The translations under genes were made by a program, and so were the position numbers. 64,000 nt of DNA from Nitrospirales bacterium (GTDB lineage: Bacteria > Nitrospirota > Nitrospiria > Nitrospirales > UBA8639). The stretch is from the NCBI GenBank assembly GCA_963555755.3, contig OY820905.2, positions 3,936,001 through 4,000,000 on the forward strand, written 5' to 3'. A model generated the notes under the pieces. That model did not search any database and was not told the origin of the DNA. It saw nothing but the letters and a program-made list of their open reading frames with translations. Below, piece by piece: positions 48,642-57,762 of the stretch (position 1 is its first letter; each line of letters opens with the position of its first letter).

Positions 48642-48820
48642 GGATCTGAGAGAAAGTAACTTGGACAATATCGCGCCAAGGTTTGGGTCGGATTTGGACG
48701 GAACGATTGAGGAAAACCAGAGACATAGCACAGCTATGTTGAGGGTGTTTCGATTGAAGTCCGTTCAAAGATGGCCCGAAGATTGGATGCGAGATGTCCA
48801 AGTTATTTTCTCTCAGGTCC
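48642..48820. mobile_element. MITE family R5
   Basis: TIR ggatctgagagaaagtaacttggaca / tgtccaagttattttctctcaggtcc; flanked by TAA (dnaB stop) and TCA; copy at 56974-57153. Confidence 0.82.
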
Positions 48821-48856
48821 TCATGGAACCCCGAATTCATTTGGAGGTATCCTGAC

Positions 48857-50674
48857 ATGTTCCAATGGGTATGTTCTCCGGCGCGCATGAGTCGAACGTC
48901 AAGAGGCTGGCAAGAACGTCTACTCGTCACGCTGCTCGTGATTCCATTAGCCGTGGTCTCCTGTGCGGCTGTGCCTGACACCAAAACCGAATCAATGTCT
49001 GAAGTTGTTGTACCCGAGCAGGCACTTCCCCCGCTGGCCTATTATCATTTTCTTCAAGGGTATATGTCGGAGCTGGCTGAGGAATTTCCCGAGGCCCTTG
49101 AACACTACCGCGCTGGCCTGCAATTTGATCCGGATTCCGCGTTCTTGCGGTTTCAGATGGCGAGCCTGCACTTCACATCCGGCAACATCCAGAACACCCT
49201 AAACTTATTAGAGCAAATAGACGCTGGAAAGGTCAGTAATGCTAGGGTCTTGACGCAGATGGCTAAAATGTTTGCTGGCGCCGGCAAGAAGGATCGTGCT
49301 CTGGCCCTGTTCGATCATGCGATTGAAAGAAATTCTGAACGGCCTCAAAGCTACATGGAAAAAGGTATTTTCTTATTTCACGGGAAGCAGTTTGTTGATG
49401 CGGAGAAAATGTTCGCGCGAGGCATTGAGTTGGCTCCCCACGCATCGATTGGATATTTCTATTTAGGAAAGGTCAATCAGGCGCAAGGGAAGGGCGATGA
49501 AGCCAAAGAATATTATCGAAAGACCATCCTGCGTGCGCCACGTTTTGAGCGGGCGCACCGGGAATTATTCCAATTGCTTGAGTCGGATGGTCAGGTGGCG
49601 GAGGCCATGGTTGTGTTGAAAGAGTATCTGTCGGATGTGAATCCTCATCACAGAAAGTTTCGGCAAGATTTGGTGCGGCTGTTGCTTCGGCAAAAAGAGT
49701 TTGACCAGGCGTTAACAGAGTTGGAATTTATAATTGAGAAGGCCCCCGATAATCTGAATGCTCAAGTGCGTCGGGCGTTGGTGTTTGCGGAGATGGAGGA
49801 TGTCCCCCGAGCGATTGAGGAAATGACAAATATCGTGGAGGCTCACCCCTCAAAGCTACAAGTTCGAGATTACTTGGGATTACTGTATGTGCAGGTTGAT
49901 CAACTCGACCAAGCCATTCAGGTCTATCACACGAACATTGACTTGGATCCAACCTTTTACGATAGCCGTATTCATCTTGGCTATGCCTTGTATCGACTCA
50001 AGCGGTTTGAAGAAGCCGTGCCGCATCTTCGTCGAGCCATCGAACTGAATCCGGGAAATGCTGAACCGCATCTTTTGTTAGGCCTCACGTATACTCAATC
50101 CGAACAACACAGGATGGCCATGGAAACGTTTGAGGTGGGATTGGAGCGCCATCCCAAAAATGTGGATCTGAGATTTAACCTTGGAGCCGCCTATGACAAG
50201 TTAGGACGCTTTCCTGATGTGGTTCGGGAAATGGAAGCAGTGATGGAACTCAATCCAGACCATGGCGATGCGCTCAATTATCTCGGATATAGCTATGCCG
50301 ATCGGGGAGTGAATATTGAACAAGCCGTGGCGTTAACCCAGCGAGCCGTCGCGCTCAAACCAAACAATGGATATTATGTCGATAGTCTGGGATGGGCCCT
50401 GTTTAAAATTGGTCGGGTGCAGGATGCTCTTGTCGAAATAAAACGTGCGGCTGAGTTGGTCAAGGATGACCCGGTAATTTTTGAGCATATGGGAGAAATC
50501 TATCTTTTACAGAATGACCGTGATAAAGCCAAGCAGTCTTGGTTACGATCGATCGAATTAGACCCGACGAATGGGAAACTCCAAGATCGTTTTCGAGATG
50601 TGGGATTCGGAGAGCCTCTTGAAGCTGTTAGCGAATTACCTCCACAGCCACAGGTGAGGACCTTTGCCGAATAG
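48857..50674 (+). CDS. TPR-repeat lipoprotein
   Basis: GGAGG RBS, lipobox VVSC, many TPRs, ALNYLGYSYAD...DSLGW motif. Confidence 0.88.
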   Translation: MFQWVCSPARMSRTSRGWQERLLVTLLVIPLAVVSCAAVPDTKTESMSEVVVPEQALPPLAYYHFLQGYMSELAEEFPEALEHYRAGLQFDPDSAFLRFQMASLHFTSGNIQNTLNLLEQIDAGKVSNARVLTQMAKMFAGAGKKDRALALFDHAIERNSERPQSYMEKGIFLFHGKQFVDAEKMFARGIELAPHASIGYFYLGKVNQAQGKGDEAKEYYRKTILRAPRFERAHRELFQLLESDGQVAEAMVVLKEYLSDVNPHHRKFRQDLVRLLLRQKEFDQALTELEFIIEKAPDNLNAQVRRALVFAEMEDVPRAIEEMTNIVEAHPSKLQVRDYLGLLYVQVDQLDQAIQVYHTNIDLDPTFYDSRIHLGYALYRLKRFEEAVPHLRRAIELNPGNAEPHLLLGLTYTQSEQHRMAMETFEVGLERHPKNVDLRFNLGAAYDKLGRFPDVVREMEAVMELNPDHGDALNYLGYSYADRGVNIEQAVALTQRAVALKPNNGYYVDSLGWALFKIGRVQDALVEIKRAAELVKDDPVIFEHMGEIYLLQNDRDKAKQSWLRSIELDPTNGKLQDRFRDVGFGEPLEAVSELPPQPQVRTFAE

Positions 50675-50820
50675 TGTTGTCTTGTGGTCTTGCTGATTAT
50701 TCGTGGCCTTGGGAGTCTTGGTGGTTACGTGGAGTAGGAAGGTACCGATTATTTTTTTTGACGAGATCCGCGTAAAGCATTCCTGATCAAATTCGGAACA
50801 TCGATCCAAAGGAGTGTCGC

Positions 50821-51264
50821 ATGACCAACATGTTTCACCATCAACGAGGGTTCAGTTTAGTCGAACTGATGATCGTGGTGGCCATTATCGGTGTGTTGGC
50901 GTCTATTGCCATTCCACAGTTTTCCAAATTGCAGGCGAAAGCCAAACAATCTGAAGCCAAGATGAATTTGGTGAATCTTCATACCACTGAAATTGCGTAT
51001 TTTGTAGAACACAATACATATGTGGACGATTTTAATGCGATTGGTTTTGGTTTGGATGGAGTGTCTCATTACTATTATGAATTGGGTAATACGAGTCTAG
51101 GGACCCTCCCACCCGGCTGTACAGCCTCCACGCTTGATGCCGTTTCGGGTTCTGGCTTTACGGCTGTCGCTATCGGGAACATTGATGGAGATTCTACCTG
51201 TGATGTCTGGACCATTAATGAAGGCAAAATGTTGGTCAATGTGATCAACGACGTCTCATCCTGA
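50821..51264 (+). CDS. Type IV pilin-like protein
   Basis: Prepilin motif QRG/FSLVELMIVVAIIGVLASIAIP. Confidence 0.9.
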   Translation: MTNMFHHQRGFSLVELMIVVAIIGVLASIAIPQFSKLQAKAKQSEAKMNLVNLHTTEIAYFVEHNTYVDDFNAIGFGLDGVSHYYYELGNTSLGTLPPGCTASTLDAVSGSGFTAVAIGNIDGDSTCDVWTINEGKMLVNVINDVSS

Positions 51265-51315
51265 ACGCGAAAATTTTGCCGGTGCTTACCACGAACCGTA
51301 AGGTCAGAAACTGGG

Positions 51316-51657
51316 AACAGTTCTCACATTCCCCTTGGCTCTTTCAATTCCTCGTATGGTTCGGCTCACCGTCGTATCGTGTACTCCAAAATGATTGCTG
51401 ACCTTGGCTATCGTGAATGCACCGAATCGATAATCACGACCCATCGGTCATTTCTACTCTGAGAATGTTGTTGACCATCCTTGGGCGAAAAAGCGACGGA
51501 TCGTCTCCGGCCTTTCGAGACTTCCCGTAGTGCTTCGGGGTGTTTCTCGTGCTTGTATTGTTCGACGAAGGCCTTGTCACCCAACAATAATTGATGTCGA
51601 GCCTAATCCAATGGGCTGGGTAGCCCTTGCCCTTCCATCGCAAATCGACGGTAGACC
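51316..51657 (-). pseudogene. C-terminal relic of a RAYT-type (Y1/HUH) transposase with HTH tail
   Basis: Manual translation: YRRFAMEGQGLPSPLD*ARHQLLLGDKAFVEQ...LREVSK / FTIAKVSNHFGVHDTTVSR; internal stop and frameshift; ends in the REP gaatgtgagaactgttccc. Confidence 0.65.
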
Positions 51658-51803
51658 TATTTTCCTTGACACTTCTTCTCCCCCTTTGTTATAAGCCACC
51701 AGGCATAGGACCATGCTGTGTCTCTCGCTGTCCTATGTAGTTGATTTCGTGGTTGTTCTTAACAACCCTCCTCTCCCATGACCAGCTAACATACGTTTCA
51801 AAT

Positions 51804-53969
51804 ATGGATTTGTTTAAGAATCTTCTGGGACGATTGTCTGATAGCTTTTTCTCCTCCGTTCCCGCAGGATTCAATCCTCGTTCTCGGAACCAAAAGAGTC
51901 CTTCCCTCAAACTCGTTTCGGATAATCCGAATCCCGAACCGGCCAGTGAAACATCACAAGATCGATCCACCCATTCCACCGTAGGTCATGCCGAGTCCCT
52001 CGAAGAAGCTTTGCAACGGAGTGAGACCTGGTTACTACGACAACAAGATCCTGTTGAAGGATTTTGGGTTGAAGAATTGGAAGCCGATACGACTTTGACC
52101 TCGGAGTACCTCATGCTTCGCCGGTACCTTGGTCTTGTTGATACCGAGCGGGAAGCCAAAGCCGTTCGATATTTGCAACATACACAATTGGAGGATGGGG
52201 GATGGCCCATTTATAACGGGGGACCCCTCAATATCAGTGCTTCAGTCAAAGCCTATTTTGCACTGAAATTAACTGGGCTGTCGCCAGAGGACCCATGTAT
52301 GCGAATGGCCAGGGAGGCCATTTTGGCAAAGGGCGGGGTGGTGTCGGCAAATGTGTTTACCAAGATCACGCTGGCGCTGTTCGGACAATATGATTGGCGA
52401 GGTATCCCGAGTATGCCGCCAGAAATTATTCTTGCCCCCAAGTGGTTCTATTTTAATATCTATGCCGTTTCTTATTGGTCCAGAGCCGTCATTGTCCCTC
52501 TGCTGATCATTTTTGCCTGTAGACGATCCTGCGACGTATCTCCTGAAGAAGGCATTGACGAGCTGTATCTCACGCCTCGTGAACAGGTTCGGTATCGAGC
52601 CGAACCGCCGTTCCGAAAAGATCGAGCCTTGATCAGTTGGCGAAACTTCTTTGTATGGGTCGATGGAATTCTCAAGATTTATGAACGGTATCCCATTGCT
52701 GCCTTACGCAAGAAGGCGGTGAAAACGGCTGAAGTGTGGATGCTGGAGCACATGGAGGGTGATGGTGGAATTGGCGCGATCTATCCAGCTATGGCAAATT
52801 CTATTTTTGCATTGCGTGCGCTTGGCTATCCCACGACGCATCCCCTCATCGCCAAAGCCTTGCTTGAGATCGAAGCCTTGGAGGTTGAAACGCCGGTGAC
52901 TGAAAATGGGCAACGGGTTGATCGGCTGCATCTGCAACCTTGTCATTCCCCGGTCTGGGACGTGGCCTTGACCTTGAATGCGCTCATTGAACGAGGACTT
53001 CCTTTGGATCACCCCGTTCTGTCCAGTGGCGCGGACTGGTTGCGTTCCTGTCAAACGTCGTCGGTCGGAGATTGGATTGTGTCTGCGCCCTCAGCAAAAC
53101 CCGGCGGGTGGTATTTCCAATTTGAAAATGAATGGTATCCCGATGTCGATGATACCGCTGCCGTGGTCACCGCCTTGACGAAACTCGAATCCTGCTACCC
53201 TGCGGATGCCGACGATGCGATTAGCCGAGGGAGCCAATGGACATTGGCTATGCAAAGCTCGAATGGGGGATGGGGTGCCTATGATAAGGACAATGACCGG
53301 CTGATTTTCAATAAAATTCCCTTTGCCGATCATCAGGCGTTGCTTGATCCGCCTACTGCCGATTTGACCGGACGCTGTCTCGAGATGCTTGGAACCTTAG
53401 GGTACGACCGATCCCACCCTGCGGTGGAGCCGGCTTTGGAATTTCTCAGAAATGAACAGGAAGCCGATGGCAGTTGGTATGGCCGTTGGGGCGTGAATTA
53501 TATATACGGTACCTGGTGTGTGTTGGCTGGCCTTGAGGCTATCGGTGAAGACATGTCCGCACCCTGGATTCAAAGGGCCGTGGCGTGGCTGGAGTCCAAA
53601 CAGAATGTCGATGGCGGGTGGGGCGAGTTGTGCATGTCGTATGCTGAGCCGTCCTGGTCTTGCAAAGGTGAAAGTACGGCTTCCCAAACGGCTTGGGCGC
53701 TGATGGCGTTACTGGCGGCTGGGGTCGCCGATTCCTTAAATGTCGTGCGAGGAGTGAACTACTTGCTTCGTCACCAGCAAGATGATGGGACGTGGCATGA
53801 ACCGTTTCATACAGGAACCGGTTTCCCACGTGCATTCTATCTTCGCTACCATGGATATTGTAAATATTTTCCCATGTGGGCGCTGGCGATGTATCGGAAT
53901 GTCCGGAGCCATGGCCACACACGAGCCACCGAGTTACGTCGCGCAGCACAACTAGCCAGAAGTCGGTAA
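51804..53969 (+). CDS. shc: Squalene-hopene cyclase
   Basis: DVDDTA motif, QW repeats (Q..DGGW), GTGFP..FYLRY. Confidence 0.96.
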   Translation: MDLFKNLLGRLSDSFFSSVPAGFNPRSRNQKSPSLKLVSDNPNPEPASETSQDRSTHSTVGHAESLEEALQRSETWLLRQQDPVEGFWVEELEADTTLTSEYLMLRRYLGLVDTEREAKAVRYLQHTQLEDGGWPIYNGGPLNISASVKAYFALKLTGLSPEDPCMRMAREAILAKGGVVSANVFTKITLALFGQYDWRGIPSMPPEIILAPKWFYFNIYAVSYWSRAVIVPLLIIFACRRSCDVSPEEGIDELYLTPREQVRYRAEPPFRKDRALISWRNFFVWVDGILKIYERYPIAALRKKAVKTAEVWMLEHMEGDGGIGAIYPAMANSIFALRALGYPTTHPLIAKALLEIEALEVETPVTENGQRVDRLHLQPCHSPVWDVALTLNALIERGLPLDHPVLSSGADWLRSCQTSSVGDWIVSAPSAKPGGWYFQFENEWYPDVDDTAAVVTALTKLESCYPADADDAISRGSQWTLAMQSSNGGWGAYDKDNDRLIFNKIPFADHQALLDPPTADLTGRCLEMLGTLGYDRSHPAVEPALEFLRNEQEADGSWYGRWGVNYIYGTWCVLAGLEAIGEDMSAPWIQRAVAWLESKQNVDGGWGELCMSYAEPSWSCKGESTASQTAWALMALLAAGVADSLNVVRGVNYLLRHQQDDGTWHEPFHTGTGFPRAFYLRYHGYCKYFPMWALAMYRNVRSHGHTRATELRRAAQLARSR

Positions 53970-54050
53970 TGATTCTTGCGCGAACCCTAACGTCTCGCGA
54001 TTTTTGGAATCGTCAAACTCTCACAATCCTTATCATGTCTGGAGCGCTTC

Positions 54051-54833
54051 CTGCATAGGGTCGTCATTTTTGTTGCCACTCGTTGGGAATGTCATGCCAT
54101 ACAACGAGCGTTGCCTGGAGGTCGAGTTGCGAAAATGGATGGGGTTCGCCGTTACACGGCGGAAACCTCACACGTTTCGGTCACGTTGATTCAGACAGGG
54201 GTGGGAATCCAGAACGCCCTCACAGCCGGTGGAGACGTGTTGGGCGCTAGTCAATGGGACCTGGCAATTTCCTCTGGATTTGCCGGTGCGCTTATCCCCT
54301 CATGCATTGGCGCTCTTGTTCTCCCCAATACCGTGGTTTTGAAACCTCTCGATACGGCTGAACGTGTAGGGTTGTCGTCTTTTCCCTGTAGTGTAGAATA
54401 TCACCGGATTGCCAGTCAGGTTGTCGAGGTGATTCAACCTTCCTTGGTTTCTGGTGTATTGGTGACGGTTCCGTGGATTGTGTGGTCGGTGTCTGAGAAG
54501 CGTGCCATCGCCGAGACATTTCAAGCTAGTGCCCTTGATATGGAAAGTGCCGGGATTGCCGAGAGGGCGACTGAACAGAAGATTCCGTTTCTCGTGATTC
54601 GAACGGTCTCCGATCTCAAGGATGAGAATCTGCCTGAGGAATTTAATCTTTTTCTTTCCCCGTCAACGTGGGCGCTAGGGGTGTGGCGAATTATCAGTCA
54701 GCCTGCGAATTGGGCCAAGTTGTTTCAGCTGCGACAACAAATGAAGGTGGCCTCTCGGCAACTCACGAGTTTTTTTGATACGTTTTTTCTTTATCTGGGA
54801 CAACAGGAACATGATTCGTCTCACAGGCGATGA
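54051..54833 (+). CDS. hpnG: Hopanoid-associated nucleosidase/phosphorylase (HpnG-like), probable CTG start
   Basis: IFVATRWE N-terminus, TGVG, SSGFAGAL, LDMES and RTVSD motifs; follows shc. Confidence 0.75.
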   Translation: MHRVVIFVATRWECHAIQRALPGGRVAKMDGVRRYTAETSHVSVTLIQTGVGIQNALTAGGDVLGASQWDLAISSGFAGALIPSCIGALVLPNTVVLKPLDTAERVGLSSFPCSVEYHRIASQVVEVIQPSLVSGVLVTVPWIVWSVSEKRAIAETFQASALDMESAGIAERATEQKIPFLVIRTVSDLKDENLPEEFNLFLSPSTWALGVWRIISQPANWAKLFQLRQQMKVASRQLTSFFDTFFLYLGQQEHDSSHRR

Positions 54834-54837
54834 CAGC

Positions 54838-55420
54838 ATGCTTTGGATTAAGGGAATGTTGAAAAAAGCCGCCAGCGGCGTTCTCGCCCTTTTGCCGTGC
54901 TCACGTACTGAGAGTACGCTCCGCGCGTCAAAAGGGCTGCGGCCTTGCTGGACGGACTTTTTTGAACATTCCCTCCAATTGACGATGCTTGGCTCCTCTG
55001 GAGCTTTTATTGGCTATGGGAAGGAGATATTCAACAGACCCATTAAAGGGATTGGCGCATGCTCGGTAGCCCTTATTCGAAATGTGAGGTATATGTTTCT
55101 GCGTCTCGTCCATGCCCTCGCTTGGACGGTCCGTCCTCCATTTCGGGTTGACTAGACTATCGAATAACTGCCTTTCATCGGCTTTACGTCCACGTGTGCC
55201 GCTATGGGCAGCCGAGATTCCTGAAAATTTTCCCATCTCTGACTGGGTTGCGATGCTGAAACATGGTAAAATTATTGCCATGGCGCCTTCGAAGGAATTT
55301 CTCTATACAAAATATCCAGCGGGACGAGAATTTATTTTCGTGATGGAGTAACCTGTCGCCCGGTGGTGCAGGGGAGGTTTTGCGACCTGGTGAAACGATT
55401 CAAGATACAGAAGCTGGTAT
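54838..55420 (+). pseudogene. Decayed mlaE/mlaF(/mlaD) ABC transporter remnants
   Basis: MLWIK|MITE|GIGA...LAWTVRPPFRV..LPFIGFTST (MlaE-like N-terminus with stops) joined to EIPENFPISDWVAMLKHGKII...REFI (MlaF-like C-terminus, 55214-55351). Confidence 0.6.
54852..55041. mobile_element. MITE R1 inserted in the mlaE relic
   Basis: 5-bp TSD ATTAA at 54847-54851 and 55042-55046. Confidence 0.85.
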
Positions 55421-55568
55421 TGACATTGAGCAAGTCATTAGTCAATTCATTCACGGGAATGTGGAGTAAGGGGGCAGGCTCTTCGGAAAGACTCAGGGAA
55501 TGCTTTTTCAACACCCTACTAAAGATGCCCCGACATATTATTAGCCTTTCAATGGAAGGAAACAGGCA

Positions 55569-56228
55569 ATGAGACACGCGTGGTATGACCAGGTCACTTC
55601 TCTTTGCAGAGGGAAGCGTTTTCCCGTTTTGTCTTTGCTGGCGTGTCTTTTTGTGTTGTTCATGCATCAAGGCTCTGTGATGGCCGTAGAATCGGGTTCA
55701 GCAACCGAAGCGATCAAGGGAACGATCGATCAGGTGTTGGTTATTCTTGGTGATGAAAAATTCAAACAACCTGAGTATGCCGATGAAGGTCGCGCAGCTC
55801 TGGAACAGGTGATGGCCAAACGTTTTGACTATGCAGAAATGGGCAAACGCACGCTAGGCCGTGAATGGAAAAAGTTGAACGTGACCCAACAACATGAGTT
55901 CGTCGAATTATTCCAACAATTCCTGTCGAATACATATGCCGGAAATGTCGATGGATTCACAGGAGAGCAGGTGGAGTATATTAAGGAGCGCCGCAAAGGG
56001 AAATTCGCGGAGGTCCAGATGAAGGTCATTTCGAAAAAGCTTACCATACCGATTGATTATCGCCTTCTGAAGAATTCTAACTCATGGCGTGTCTATGATG
56101 TGGTCATCGACGGAGTCAGTTTGGTCAAGAATTTCCGTGGGCAGTTTGCCCGGATCATCAAAGCGTCTGGATATCAGGGTCTTCTGGATAAACTTCGTTC
56201 TAAAACCACTAAAAAAACAGTGAAATAA
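55569..56228 (+). CDS. MlaC/HpnM (Ttg2D) family periplasmic lipid-binding protein
   Basis: FDYAEM....LG..W and IDYRL.....W.VYDVVIDGVSLVKNFR.QF motifs. Confidence 0.9.
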   Translation: MRHAWYDQVTSLCRGKRFPVLSLLACLFVLFMHQGSVMAVESGSATEAIKGTIDQVLVILGDEKFKQPEYADEGRAALEQVMAKRFDYAEMGKRTLGREWKKLNVTQQHEFVELFQQFLSNTYAGNVDGFTGEQVEYIKERRKGKFAEVQMKVISKKLTIPIDYRLLKNSNSWRVYDVVIDGVSLVKNFRGQFARIIKASGYQGLLDKLRSKTTKKTVK

Positions 56229-56256
56229 TTTCTCTTCTGCGTCATTGGCTAATGTT

Positions 56257-56991
56257 ATGAGGTTTCAATGGGTTTGCTGGTGTCTATTGGGGTTGGGCGT
56301 GAGTCTGTTCCTACCTGTAACCGGGCATTCCAATCTGCTCGCTTCAAAAGAAGTGGGCTACCCAGCGTCTCTCAAAAATCAGCTACAAGAATTACATCAG
56401 GCACATTCATCGTCACCAGAAAATCTTAATCTGTTGATACAATTGGCCAGCACCTACCTTGATGCGGGCGATGATTTGTACAGCGAGACACCCAGGCGAT
56501 TGGAGGCATACCAAACGGGGGTGGATTTTGCCAAACAAGCCTTGGCTCTCGATCAACAGCACGCCCATGCTCATTTTCTCTATGCGGCCAACCTTGGTCA
56601 TATTGCCCAACTTCAAGGGATTCTGGTCTCGGCCTTCCTCATTCCAGAAATTATTGGGCATGTTGAACAATCTCTCGAAATAGCGCCAACGCATGCCCCA
56701 GCCTTGCATATGATGGGAATGATTCTTGATGGCTTGCCATGGTTTTTGGGAGGAGATGCGGAAGGATCCATTGTGTACCTGGAACGGGCCGTTGCCGCTG
56801 ATCCTCACTATACCCATGCTCGTGTAAATTTAGGAAAATTATATTTGAAGCAAGGCCGAGTACAAGCTGCAAAGGAACAATTGTTATTGGTCACCAACAC
56901 GCAATCGCCCCATGGAGTCTATGCGTGGTCTCACCATCATAAGCCCGAAGCGTTAAGCCGTCTCGAGGAGTTAGGACCTGAGAGAAAATAA
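56257..56991 (+). CDS. Exported TPR-like protein
   Basis: Signal peptide, TPR helices, LPWFLGGD motif; last codons supplied by MITE R5. Confidence 0.75.
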   Translation: MRFQWVCWCLLGLGVSLFLPVTGHSNLLASKEVGYPASLKNQLQELHQAHSSSPENLNLLIQLASTYLDAGDDLYSETPRRLEAYQTGVDFAKQALALDQQHAHAHFLYAANLGHIAQLQGILVSAFLIPEIIGHVEQSLEIAPTHAPALHMMGMILDGLPWFLGGDAEGSIVYLERAVAADPHYTHARVNLGKLYLKQGRVQAAKEQLLLVTNTQSPHGVYAWSHHHKPEALSRLEELGPERK

Positions 56992-57254
56992 TTTGGACAA
57001 TATCGCGCTAAGATTTGGGTCAGATTTGGACGGACCGATTGAGAAAAACCCGAGGCATAGCACAGCTATGTTGAGGGTGTTTCAATTGAGGCCCGTTCAA
57101 AGATGGCCCGAAGATTGGATGCGAGATTGATCAAGTTATTCTCTCGCAGGTCCTAAGAGCTTGCGCGGACTTTTGTGATCCAACTGCTGATTCTAGGTTC
57201 AATGATGGCCCGAAGATTGGATGCGAGATGTCCAAGTTATTTTCTCTCAGGTCC
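56974..57254. mobile_element. Nested MITE cluster: R5 (56974-57153), R2 fragment (57157-57199), R5 right half (57203-57254)
   Basis: Direct alignment with 48642-48820 and 22440-22600. Confidence 0.8.
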
Positions 57255-57311
57255 TGGCTCAGGGTGAGGAAAGAGCAGGCCTGTAATTTTTGGGGGATTC
57301 CAATTTTATTG

Positions 57312-57445
57312 GTAACTACTCAGGTGGATAGGCTGAAGGCCGAAGGCTTTTAGGGGGCAACCATGCGTGAGCGTACAAAACTTCAGGTAATTATGAGTGA
57401 TAGCCTTCAGTCTTTAGCCTTCAGCCTAAATACCTGAGTAGTTAC
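57312..57445. mobile_element. MITE R7, IS66-like ends
   Basis: TIR GTAACTACTCAGGT; 8-bp TSD TTTTATTG at 57304-57311 and 57446-57453. Confidence 0.82.
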
Positions 57446-57550
57446 TTTTATTGAAGGTCTGTTTAGCCTCGATGTTTTGACGTGGCCATGCCATGGTGTT
57501 TTCTTGACAGTCGAACCTAAGTGTGCGAATGTTTAAGCGTTTTGCACTAG

Positions 57551-57710
57551 GAGCCTGTCCGAGATTAGAATGATCTACTGTGGATGCGCTGGATTTGGCC
57601 AGATCTTTCGATCCTTTTCGTTGTATAGTCCCACTATTCGCCTCAAACGATCGAAACATCTGACTCAAACCAGCACATCCTCGCTACGGTCGCTAATCTC
57701 GGACAGGCTC
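57551..57710. mobile_element. MITE R6
   Basis: Perfect TIR GAGCCTGTCCGAGATTAG, flanked on both sides by CTAG. Confidence 0.82.
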
Positions 57711-57762
57711 CTAGAATTCTTGGCAATTCCCACCTGAAAGAAATTCCGAAAAGAGGTACTGT

